Program-made: the position numbers and the translations under genes | Source of the DNA: an uncultured bacterium | GTDB lineage: Bacteria > Krumholzibacteriota > Krumholzibacteriia > LZORAL124-64-63 | Direction: 5' to 3' | Length of the DNA stretch: 64,000 nt | NCBI GenBank assembly: GCA_963732385.1 | Contig: CAVSZB010000007.1 | Coordinates: forward strand, 1,184,001-1,248,000 | The notes under the pieces: model-generated | Told to the model about the DNA's origin: nothing | The model's input: the letters and a program-made list of their open reading frames with translations, nothing else | Database searches by the model: none | Shown: positions 52,455-61,043 of the stretch, one piece after another | Numbering within the stretch: position 1 is the stretch's first letter | Layout: each line of letters starts with the position of its first letter

Positions 52455-54125
52455 ATGACCCCCGAAAGCGTTCAGGTCGAAATCGACGGCAGCCAGACCA
52501 CCGCCACGCCGGGGCATTCCCTGCACGACGTGCTGCGAGCCAACGGCGGCGAGGACATCTGGGGCGACAATCCGGTGGTGCTGGCGACCGTGGACGGCCG
52601 CCGGGTCTGCCTCGCGGAGCCACTCTGGGGTGGCGAACGGGTCTCGCTGCTGCGCCGCGCCGATCCGGAGTCGCACTCCACGAGCGTGCGCACGCTCTGC
52701 TCCCTGCTGGCCGTCGCCGCCGAACAGCTTTTTCCCGCCGGGCGGCTGGTGATCGACTTTGGCTACGGATCGGGCCTCTACTGCGAACTGGAAGGCGGGA
52801 CGTTGCTGACAGCGGACTGCCTGGCGCGCCTCGAGACCCGGATGCGGGAACTGGCGGCGCGGGACCTGCCGCTCACGCCCCGGGTCTACGGCCAGCGCGA
52901 ACTGCTGCGGCTGCTGTCCGGTTCGCGCCGCGAATTCAGCTTCCGCGCCGCCCGCTACGCCCGGCAGGATTCCCTCACGCTTTTCACCATGGAAGGATCG
53001 TCCCTCCTCTTCCAGGGACCGCAGCTGCCGAGCACCGGCAGCGTGCGCGCCTTCGCGCTGCGCCCCGAGCCGCCCGGTTTCATGCTGCTGCCGAGCCTCC
53101 CGGGCAGCCCCGACACGGTGACGGAATTCACGCCCCAGCCGAAGCTGCTCGAAACGATGCGCGGCTACTCCCGCTGGAGCGCCCAGCAGGGTTTTCCCGA
53201 TCTCGGTTCGCTCAATCGATTCATCGTGGAGGGACGCGCGGCCGAGGTGATCCATGTCGAGGAGGCGCGGCACGAGCAGACGCTCGTCTCCGCCGCCGTC
53301 CGCGCGACCGCGCTGCCGGACGATGGTCGCCTGATCCTGGTGGCCGGCCCCTCAAGTTCGGGCAAGACCAGTTTCGCCAAGCGCCTGGCGGTGCAGATGC
53401 GCGTGCTGGGCTTCACCCCGTCGGCCCTCTCGCTCGACGATTATTTCGTGCCACGCGACGCCACGCCGCGCGATGCGAACGGAGACTACGACTTCGAGGC
53501 CCTGGACTCGCTCCAGGTCGACCTCTTCAACACCCACCTGCAGGCGCTCCTGGCCGGCGAGGCGGTGCGGCTGCCCCGCTACGATTTCCACTCCGGCAGC
53601 AGCACCCTGCGCGACGAGACGTTCAGCATCCCGCACGGCCAGCCGCTGATCGTCGAGGGCATCCACGCCCTCAACCCCGAATTGACCGCCGCCATTGCCC
53701 AGAACCTGAAACTGCGGGTCTACGTCAGCGCGCTCTGCCACTACAACCTGGACGATCTTTCCTACGTGCCGACCCATTTGTCCCGCCTCTTCCGGCGCAT
53801 CGTCCGCGATGCCATGTTCCGCGGCTACACCGCCTCGCAGACGCTCGCGCGCTGGCCACAGGTCCGGGCCGGCGAGCAGAAGTGGATCTTCCCCTTCCAG
53901 CAGAACGCCGACATCTTCTTCAATGCCGGGCTGGCCTACGAACTGGGCGTTCTCAAGCTGTGGGCGGAGCCGCGGCTGGCGGCAGTGGAGCCGGATGACC
54001 AGAACTACGGGCGGGCCCGCAGCCTGCTGGAACTGCTCTCGCTGGTCCTGCCGATCGATGCGGGGCAGGTGCCGCCCATCTCGCTGTTGCGCGAGTTCAT
54101 CGGCGGCAGCGGCTTCCATTACTGA
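52455..54125 (+). CDS. nucleoside (uridine/PRK-type) kinase with ThrRS-like N-terminus
   Basis: TGS/ThrRS-like N-terminus; Walker A 'GPSSSGKTS', 'LDDYF', 'EGIHALN', 'REFIGGS'. Confidence 0.82.
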   Translation: MTPESVQVEIDGSQTTATPGHSLHDVLRANGGEDIWGDNPVVLATVDGRRVCLAEPLWGGERVSLLRRADPESHSTSVRTLCSLLAVAAEQLFPAGRLVIDFGYGSGLYCELEGGTLLTADCLARLETRMRELAARDLPLTPRVYGQRELLRLLSGSRREFSFRAARYARQDSLTLFTMEGSSLLFQGPQLPSTGSVRAFALRPEPPGFMLLPSLPGSPDTVTEFTPQPKLLETMRGYSRWSAQQGFPDLGSLNRFIVEGRAAEVIHVEEARHEQTLVSAAVRATALPDDGRLILVAGPSSSGKTSFAKRLAVQMRVLGFTPSALSLDDYFVPRDATPRDANGDYDFEALDSLQVDLFNTHLQALLAGEAVRLPRYDFHSGSSTLRDETFSIPHGQPLIVEGIHALNPELTAAIAQNLKLRVYVSALCHYNLDDLSYVPTHLSRLFRRIVRDAMFRGYTASQTLARWPQVRAGEQKWIFPFQQNADIFFNAGLAYELGVLKLWAEPRLAAVEPDDQNYGRARSLLELLSLVLPIDAGQVPPISLLREFIGGSGFHY

Positions 54126-54149
54126 GGCGGCAGGAAGGCCGGCCGGGCG

Positions 54150-55253
54150 CTACTGCACCAGCCGCCCGGAACGTGCTTCGAGCCAGAGTCGCTCGTATTC
54201 GGCGCGGTTGGCGATGGGACGCCAGAGGTACATACGGTTCAGCCGATTCGGATCGTCGAGGTGGAGTTCCGCCCGGCGCCCCGGGCTCAAACGCTGCGCC
54301 GCGATCGCGCTGGCCGGCGCAAAGTCGTTCTGTCCGCTCATCGCGAGTTGCACCGCCGGCCCGATCATGAGGTCGGCCAGGCGGGCGGCAAGCTCGGGCG
54401 ACGCTGTACCGGCGCTGACACAGACGTTGTCGATGAACCCCGTGACCCCCTCATCCGGCGAGGCCATGACCCAGCGCCTGCGTCCCGCCTGCCGATTGGC
54501 CTTCGCCACCACGTTCGGCCAGGTCACGTTCAACACGATGCGTCCCGCGGCCATTGCCTCGAGCTGGGTCGCCTCGTCGCGCCAGAACAGGCAGCCGGCG
54601 TCGCGCAGCAGCGCCGCGCGCCGCGCCGCCGCCCAGAGCGGCTGGCCGGTGAGCGAGAAGGCGCCGCGCTGGCTGTCGGCCAGAGCCGCCGTCCAGAGCA
54701 CCGACAGATCGTCCCAGTGCGCGATTCGTCCCCGCCAGGCCGGTTCCCACAGGATCCGCCAGCTCTTCGGCGCTTCCGGCACGACTTCCGTGTCGTAGGC
54801 CAGCCCCATCTCGCCCCAGGCGAACGGAGCGCAGTAGTCGAGCCGTTCGAGGTGCCCGTAGCGGACGTGCCGCAGCGACGGCAGGAGATCATCATAGTTC
54901 GCGAGGCGTCCCCGCGGCAGCGGTCTCAACAGCCCTTCGGCGATCATCACCGGCACGACATCGCAACTGACCACGCACAGGTCGAAGCCGCCGACCCGCA
55001 TGGCGCGCAGGATCTCGTCGTTGGTCGCGAAGACGACCGCGGTCACCACCGCCCCTGTCTCGCGCTCGAATTCCGCCCAGCCGAGCGGTTTGTCGGGCCG
55101 CGCGGGGTCGCAGTACACGTCCCAGGTGGCGATCCGCACGGTCCCGGTCGTCGACGTCGTTTCCGCGCCCGGCGCGGCTGGCGGCCCGGAGACCAGCGCC
55201 AGCAGGCTCAGCCACAACGCGGGCAGCAAGCGGCGGGGAAACACGACAGGCAC
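54150..55253 (-). CDS. PotD/PotF-like extracellular solute-binding protein (start uncertain)
   Basis: signal peptide, 'FERETG', 'PFAWG..GLAY', 'PKSWRILW', 'PDEG...FIDN'. Confidence 0.8.
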   Translation of the reverse strand: MPVVFPRRLLPALWLSLLALVSGPPAAPGAETTSTTGTVRIATWDVYCDPARPDKPLGWAEFERETGAVVTAVVFATNDEILRAMRVGGFDLCVVSCDVVPVMIAEGLLRPLPRGRLANYDDLLPSLRHVRYGHLERLDYCAPFAWGEMGLAYDTEVVPEAPKSWRILWEPAWRGRIAHWDDLSVLWTAALADSQRGAFSLTGQPLWAAARRAALLRDAGCLFWRDEATQLEAMAAGRIVLNVTWPNVVAKANRQAGRRRWVMASPDEGVTGFIDNVCVSAGTASPELAARLADLMIGPAVQLAMSGQNDFAPASAIAAQRLSPGRRAELHLDDPNRLNRMYLWRPIANRAEYERLWLEARSGRLVQ

Positions 55254-55356
55254 CGTCCACCTCCGGAGGCACGGACAGCCGCGGGCCCCACGCCGCGCGG
55301 TTTCCAGCAACCCCGGTTTTCGGCAGTCGGCAGCGCCGGTTGAGCATTCCCCGCGA

Positions 55357-55839
55357 TCAGGGAAGCAGGAAGGTCCCGTTCAGGCGCGTGGTCGCCTCTT
55401 CGATCCGATCCTCGTCGATGACGCAGGAAACGGTCGAAATGGAGGTGCTGATGGCATGGACCTCGATGCCGGCGCCAGCCATGGCGTCGAAGATGAGTCC
55501 GGCTATCGAAGGCCGCTCGCTGAAGTGCGGCCCGTAGACCGACACGACGCAGCAGTTGCGCACCACCTCGACCGCCTCGGCCTCGATCTCCTCCCGGACG
55601 ATCTGCATCAGGCCGAGGGTCTGGTCGAGATCGGCGCGGTTGATGGCGAAGCAGATGTTGTCGCGGCGGTCGAGATCCGCGAAACAGACCACGCACAGGA
55701 CGTTGATCCCGTGCCGGCCCAGGGCCGACAGCGTTCGCCCGGCCGAGCCGGGTCCGCGCCGGGCGCCGAGCACGCGCACGAGCACCAGCCCGCGCGTTTC
55801 GAGCATACCACCGATGGCGATCTTACCGGTCCTGGCCAC
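55357..55839 (-). CDS. stand-alone tandem ACT-domain protein (aspartokinase beta-like)
   Basis: 'PGSAGRTLSALGRHGINV', 'VSVYG...PSIAGLIFDAMA.AGI..HAISTS'. Confidence 0.75.
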   Translation of the reverse strand: MARTGKIAIGGMLETRGLVLVRVLGARRGPGSAGRTLSALGRHGINVLCVVCFADLDRRDNICFAINRADLDQTLGLMQIVREEIEAEAVEVVRNCCVVSVYGPHFSERPSIAGLIFDAMAGAGIEVHAISTSISTVSCVIDEDRIEEATTRLNGTFLLP

Positions 55840-56079
55840 GACCGCTCCCCACCGCCCGAGCCTCAGCGGACCTGCGCGATCCATCCGTGCCGGGCGATTG
55901 CAACAATGGTCGGCGACGGCGGGTCGCACAACCGGGAATTCCGCGCCGGTGCTGCCGCGCGCCGGACTTGACAGCGGCGGCCTCCTGCCGTAATTCCGAG
56001 AGGTTCGCACGGGGGAAGGCGAACCGTCCGCTCGCGAGCGTCTCTGCCCCGGATCCGAACCATAGGAAGGCTGTGCGCA

Positions 56080-56739
56080 ATGAAACGCGTCGCTGTGATT
56101 CTTTGCGGATGCGGCGTCAGGGACGGCTCGGAAATCCACGAAGCCGTGGCCACCCTGCTGGCGCTCGACCGGGCCGGCGCCGAAGCGCTTGTTTTCGCGC
56201 CACGCGGCCCGCAGCACGATGTGGTCGACCATCTGACCGGCCGGCCCGACCCCGGGCAGACGCGCGACATGCTGGTCGAGTCCGCCCGCATCGCCCGCGG
56301 CCGCATCCTCGACCTGGCGGAACTGAAGATCGCCGACGTACACGCCGTGATCCTGCCGGGCGGCTTCGGCGCGGCCAAAAACCTCTGTTCCTTCGCCAGC
56401 GAGGGCGCGGCCTGTTCCATCCATCCGGAGGTGGCGCGTGTGCTGCGCGAGGCCCATCGCGCCCGCAAGCCGATCGGCGCGCTCTGCATCGCGCCGGTGA
56501 TCGTGGCGCGGGTGCTCGGCGCCGAGACCCACGCCCTGCTTACGATCGGCAACGATCCCGGCACGGCGACGGCCCTCGTTCAGATGGGCGCGCGGCACAT
56601 CGACGCGGCCGTCACGACCGCCATCGTGGACAAAACCAATCTGATTGTCACCACGCCGTGCTACATGCTGGCCGGGCGCATCGCCGAAGTTTTCGACGGC
56701 GCCGCGGCTCTGGTCCGGGAGATCCTGGATCTCACCTGA
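56080..56739 (+). CDS. elbB: ElbB/ES1 glyoxalase (DJ-1/PfpI superfamily)
   Basis: 'GCGVRDGSEIHE', 'ESARIARG', 'PGGFGAAKNL', 'CIAP', 'TTPCYM'. Confidence 0.92.
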   Translation: MKRVAVILCGCGVRDGSEIHEAVATLLALDRAGAEALVFAPRGPQHDVVDHLTGRPDPGQTRDMLVESARIARGRILDLAELKIADVHAVILPGGFGAAKNLCSFASEGAACSIHPEVARVLREAHRARKPIGALCIAPVIVARVLGAETHALLTIGNDPGTATALVQMGARHIDAAVTTAIVDKTNLIVTTPCYMLAGRIAEVFDGAAALVREILDLT

Positions 56740-56853
56740 GGAAGCCCGCGCAACGCTTTGAGCTTGCCCGGCGAAGCGCGATGGGATAACCTGCATGCCT
56801 GCGCCGACAACCTGCCGCGCACGCTCCAGCCACCCGGAAGGACAGGTCATCAG

Positions 56854-58131
56854 ATGAGCCACTCCTTGCGAAGCACCGACCGCCCGGTCGACCGGGCCGC
56901 CGTCCGAGCGGAGGTCAACGACGAACCGCTTTCCCTGCCGCCCCGCACAGGCACCCCCTGGGGAACTCTCTCCGCACGCGTCATCAGCGTGGTCAGCCGC
57001 AAGGGCGGGGTCGGGAAGACCACCTCGACGATCAACCTCGGCGCGACCTTCGCGCTCGCCGGCCATTCCGTGCTCCTGATCGGCACCGATCCGCAGTGCG
57101 GCATCTCGCGCAGCCTCGGGCGCGACAAGTACGATCTCGACAGCGGCCTGCTCGACGTATTCCAGGCTCACGTCCCGCTCAATCACCTGGCGTATCCGAC
57201 CGCGATCGATCACCTGCATTTCGTCACGCCCAACGTCTGGACGCTCGCCGAGGAGGAGGAATTCAAGCGCCTGCTGGAGCACGAATCCGACACCTTTCTG
57301 AGCGCCGTCGACCGGGCCCGCAACCTGTACGACACCATCCTCATCGACTGCCCGCCGGGGCTGGGCCCGGAATCCAGAGCCTCCCTGCTCGCCTCCGACA
57401 GCTACCTGGTGCCGGTGCAGGCGGAAGAGCTCTGTCGTGATTCCCTGGGACGTCTGCTGGCCTTCATCCAGAGCTTCCGCGACGAGACACACGCAGAGTC
57501 GAATCTCAGCGGCCAGGAGGCCGCCACCGCTCCTCCCGTCCTCGAAGGGCTGTTCCTGACGATGTCCAACCCGCGCACCCGGATGGGACGCCATGTGGCG
57601 GCGCGCGTGGCGGAGGAATACGGGCTCGACCTGTTCGCCGCCGCGATTCCGCGCACTGCGCGCCTGGCCGAGATGGCTTTGCGCGGCAAACCGGCGGTCA
57701 TCTACGACCGTCGCTCCGCCGGCAGCCGGGCCTACTTCGATCTGATGGACGAGATCATGGCCCGCTGGGACAGCCAGCGCGCCGCCGGTCAGGCTGAAGC
57801 GACCCGCGCCGCAGCGAAGCCGGGCAACGGCGGCGCCCACCACGACCGCGCCGCCAACTTGTTCGCGCTCGCCGCGGCCGCAGGGCTGTACCTGCCCGGC
57901 GGGCTCGGCCTGACCGCAGCGGACAACGACGCCGATTACGACGCCAATGACCAGGACAAAGCCGGCGTTGAAGCGGTCTGGGACGGTCTGCCCGGCGAGG
58001 GCGAGCCCGAAATGGTCTCCCTGGACGAGATGATCGAGAACGAGGAGGAGAGCCTGCTCGCCTCCGGCGATGAAGACTGGGAGGAGCGCCGCTGGGGCGA
58101 CGAAGCCGAACGCCAGGAACGCTTCCACTGA
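56854..58131 (+). CDS. orphan ParA/Soj-family ATPase with acidic C-terminal tail
   Basis: 'KGGVGKTT', 'DPQ', 'IDCPP', 'IPR...LAE'. Confidence 0.85.
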   Translation: MSHSLRSTDRPVDRAAVRAEVNDEPLSLPPRTGTPWGTLSARVISVVSRKGGVGKTTSTINLGATFALAGHSVLLIGTDPQCGISRSLGRDKYDLDSGLLDVFQAHVPLNHLAYPTAIDHLHFVTPNVWTLAEEEEFKRLLEHESDTFLSAVDRARNLYDTILIDCPPGLGPESRASLLASDSYLVPVQAEELCRDSLGRLLAFIQSFRDETHAESNLSGQEAATAPPVLEGLFLTMSNPRTRMGRHVAARVAEEYGLDLFAAAIPRTARLAEMALRGKPAVIYDRRSAGSRAYFDLMDEIMARWDSQRAAGQAEATRAAAKPGNGGAHHDRAANLFALAAAAGLYLPGGLGLTAADNDADYDANDQDKAGVEAVWDGLPGEGEPEMVSLDEMIENEEESLLASGDEDWEERRWGDEAERQERFH

Positions 58132-58241
58132 GGACGCGCGACCCGGCGTTGCCCGCGGCGGGCGCACCGGTTACCTTTCCACCGGCGGCGCGGGCGCTCC
58201 GCCCGCGCCGCCGGTCCCTTCCCAGCGCAAGGAATGGAGCC

Positions 58242-59417
58242 ATGGCCGCCGACCAGATGAAGGCTCTCGTCTACGACAAATCCACCATGCCCTGGGACTC
58301 CACGCGCGGGTTCGTCCGCCGCGAGATTCCCCGTCCCGTCCTCGACGCCCGCGCAGACCCCGCCGACGCCGAAAATGTCCTCGTGAAAGTGATCTACGCC
58401 GGGTTCTGCGGCAGCGATCGCGGCATCTGGAACCGGACCGCGTTCAAGGGGGCGATTTTCGACAGCCTCAAACGCGAGGGAAAGACGGTCCGCACGATCG
58501 GCCACGAGCTCGTGGGCGAAATCGTCGCCGTCGGAGAGCGCGCCGCCACGCGGTACGGCTATCACCCGAAGGACATCGTGTCCGCCGAGTCGCACATCAT
58601 CTGCGGCACCTGCTATCAGTGCGGCATCGGCCAGACACATATCTGCAGCCGCGACGTGATCATGGGCATCGGACGCGACGGCTGTTTCGCGGAGTACATC
58701 AAGCTGCCGGCGCAGGTGCTCTGGCCGACCGATCCGCGTCGGATCAAGCTCAAGGTCGCCGCCGTCCAGGAGCCGTTCGGCAACGCGGTGCACGCCTGCA
58801 CCGCCGTCGACATCCGCGGCAAAACCGTGGGCGTTTTCGGCTGCGGGACCATCGGCCTGTTCGTGATCATGATCGCCAAGGCCCTCGGGGCCACCCGCGT
58901 GATCGGCGTGGAGCCGGTGGCGAAGAACCAGGAGATGGCGCGCCAGCTTGGCGCGGACGAGATCATCGCGCCCGGCTCCGGTTCGGCCGCGGCCCACGGC
59001 TGGGCCGCCGACGACGAAGTCGTGCGCGCGGTGCGCGAGGCCGCCGGCGGCATCGGCGTCGACGTGGCGATCGAGATGGCGGGGTTCAACAGCAGTGTCA
59101 ACAACGCCATCCAGTCCACCCGGCGCGGCGGCGAGGTCGTGCTGTTCGGCCTGAAGCAGGGCAACTTCAAGCTGCAGGCGTTCGACCGCCTGATCGTCAA
59201 CGGCATCAACCTCCACAGCGTCATCGGACGGCGCATTTTCGCCACCTGGCACATCACGCGCAATCTGCTCGAAGACAAGAGCAACGGGATTCAGAAGCAC
59301 ATCCACGGGACGATCCTGGGCGGGGGCGAGGAGACCGTCGTGCACATCGATGATTTCTCGCCCGAGGCTTTCGAACTGAAGCTGGCCGCCTGGCCCAAAC
59401 TGCTGCTCCAGTTCTGA
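58242..59417 (+). CDS. Zn-dependent dehydrogenase, threonine-3-dehydrogenase-like
   Basis: 'GFCGSD', 'GHE', 'ESHIICGTCYQC...HIC', 'EPFGNAVH', 'GCGTIG'. Confidence 0.85.
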   Translation: MAADQMKALVYDKSTMPWDSTRGFVRREIPRPVLDARADPADAENVLVKVIYAGFCGSDRGIWNRTAFKGAIFDSLKREGKTVRTIGHELVGEIVAVGERAATRYGYHPKDIVSAESHIICGTCYQCGIGQTHICSRDVIMGIGRDGCFAEYIKLPAQVLWPTDPRRIKLKVAAVQEPFGNAVHACTAVDIRGKTVGVFGCGTIGLFVIMIAKALGATRVIGVEPVAKNQEMARQLGADEIIAPGSGSAAAHGWAADDEVVRAVREAAGGIGVDVAIEMAGFNSSVNNAIQSTRRGGEVVLFGLKQGNFKLQAFDRLIVNGINLHSVIGRRIFATWHITRNLLEDKSNGIQKHIHGTILGGGEETVVHIDDFSPEAFELKLAAWPKLLLQF

Positions 59418-59431
59418 CGGGAGGTCCGGCC

Positions 59432-59650
59432 TTGAAGATCACGATCGAGTACTGCCAGGTCTGAGGCTATCTGCCGCGGGCGGCCGGTCTGGCCGCCCTG
59501 GTACGCGCGAAGACCGGAATCGATCCGGAACTGGTGGCGTCCTCCGGCGGAGTATTTGAAGTGTCCGTCGATGGACACCTGCTGTTTTCCAAGCGGGCGC
59601 AGGGGCGGTTCCCGGATGACGCCGAGATCCTCGCCGCGCTCGACGGTTGA
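59432..59650 (+). CDS. Rdx/SelW-family selenoprotein (Sec at TGA 59462-59464)
   Basis: GGAGG RBS and TTG start; MKITIEYCQV(U)GYLPRA...GGVFEV.VDG.LLFSK...RFP; SECIS-like hairpin downstream. Confidence 0.9.
59478..59498 (+). promoter_or_regulatory. candidate bacterial SECIS hairpin
   Basis: GGGCGGCC-GGTCT-GGCCGCCC; loop starts with G 22 nt after the in-frame UGA. Confidence 0.7.
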
Positions 59651-59669
59651 ACCGGTGGAGACGCGAACG

Positions 59670-60356
59670 ATGGCGTGCGACACGGCGCTCATCTTCGATA
59701 CCGACGGCACGCTGCTTGACGCGCGCGATGCGATCGTTGACGCCGTGGCCGAGGGTCTCGCCGACACCTACCGGCACTTCGACCTGCTCCCCCCGCCACC
59801 CGACCGCGTCCGCATCCTGGCGACGATCGGGCTGCCCTCCTCCCGTTTCTTCCGCGAAGCGTACCCCGCCGGCACCGTGCCGGACGAGCTCACCGACCGT
59901 TTCGCCGGCGAGTTCGAGGTGCGGTCCACCCGCGCCGAGGTCGCGGCGCTTCGACGCGGCGCGGTGGCGCTCTTCCCCGGCGTCGAGGAGACCCTCGCGC
60001 ACCTCGCGGAACGCGGTCACCCCCTCCTGCTCTTTTCCAACGCGAGCGCCCCGTACTTCGACACCGTGGTCGAGGTGCACGGGCTGCACCGCTTCTTCCA
60101 CCGCTCGCTATCGCTCGAGGAGGCCGTGCGCCTACGCGCCGCCCGCGACAAGACCGGCATGGTCCGCCACCTGGTCGCGGACCACCCCCGCGCTGTGGTG
60201 ATCGGCGACCGGGTGCACGATGTCGAGGCGGGACGCGCCGCGGGCGCCCGCACCGTGGGTTGCCTGTGGGGATTCGGCGAACCCGGAGAACTGTCCGAAG
60301 CCGACTGGCTGGCGGACGAACCGGCCGGCCTGCTCGCCCTCCCGCTGACGCGCTAG
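59670..60356 (+). CDS. HAD-family hydrolase
   Basis: 'FDTDGTLLD', 'SNA', 'IGDRVHD', 'WGFG'. Confidence 0.85.
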   Translation: MACDTALIFDTDGTLLDARDAIVDAVAEGLADTYRHFDLLPPPPDRVRILATIGLPSSRFFREAYPAGTVPDELTDRFAGEFEVRSTRAEVAALRRGAVALFPGVEETLAHLAERGHPLLLFSNASAPYFDTVVEVHGLHRFFHRSLSLEEAVRLRAARDKTGMVRHLVADHPRAVVIGDRVHDVEAGRAAGARTVGCLWGFGEPGELSEADWLADEPAGLLALPLTR

Positions 60357-60958
60357 CGGCCGTCGCGCGACGCCCGCAATTCCGCCTGCAACGCCGCCAG
60401 CTCGCGCCGCAGACCGTCGATCTCGGCGCGCAGAGCCGACCGTCCGTCGTCCCGCTCCGCGCGGGCTTCGCTCCGGGCCTCCTCGCGCGCCTTGCGCCCG
60501 GCCCGTGCAGCCGCGCCATGGCGCCCCGCGGGCGCGTGCTCGCCGACCTCGGCGAAAGCGAGTTCGAGTGCCTCTTTCACTTCGCCCATGATGGCGTCGA
60601 CATCGATCACCGCTTCGTGGCCGTCCTCGCGGATGATGAGGCGGCGGCCGCTCCGCTCGGACACGACCTGCACCGTATCGAGTTCCGCCAGCGCCCGTGA
60701 AACTTCCTGCATGGCCGCGCCGATCGCCTCGCCGATGCCGGAGAGGTCGATCTCCAGGGTATCCTTGTCGTCACCGTCCGTGATCACGCGCACCCGGCAC
60801 CGGTGATCACCGGCGGGGCCGGCCTCGTCATCGTCGGCGGCCACGACGACGGCCGTCGTTGAGCCACAATCCGTGGCGTTCGCCGGCAGGGCGGTCAGCA
60901 GGATGGCGAAACCGCCGGTCAAAAGTGCCAGGACGGGGGGAAGCGGGTGGCAGCGCAT
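60353..60958 (-). CDS. hypothetical exported protein with C-terminal coiled coil
   Basis: GGAGGT RBS, signal peptide, 'LRAEIDGLRRELAALQAEL'. Confidence 0.65.
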   Translation of the reverse strand: MRCHPLPPVLALLTGGFAILLTALPANATDCGSTTAVVVAADDDEAGPAGDHRCRVRVITDGDDKDTLEIDLSGIGEAIGAAMQEVSRALAELDTVQVVSERSGRRLIIREDGHEAVIDVDAIMGEVKEALELAFAEVGEHAPAGRHGAAARAGRKAREEARSEARAERDDGRSALRAEIDGLRRELAALQAELRASRDGR

Positions 60959-61043
60959 TACGATAACCTCCGGTGGAACGCTCGCCGATCACACAGGGAG
61001 TGCTTTCCTACGCGCGACACTATCCGGAGGTTGCGTCGGGCGG

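Noticed and set aside
55357..58167. 936-aa - strand ORF
   Set aside because: Only the last ~160 aa (ACT protein from 55839) look real. The rest is antisense to elbB and parA.
59462..59464. TGA interpreted as a pseudogene-forming nonsense mutation
   Set aside because: It falls exactly at the CxxU redox position and is followed by a SECIS-like hairpin, so Sec recoding is more parsimonious.
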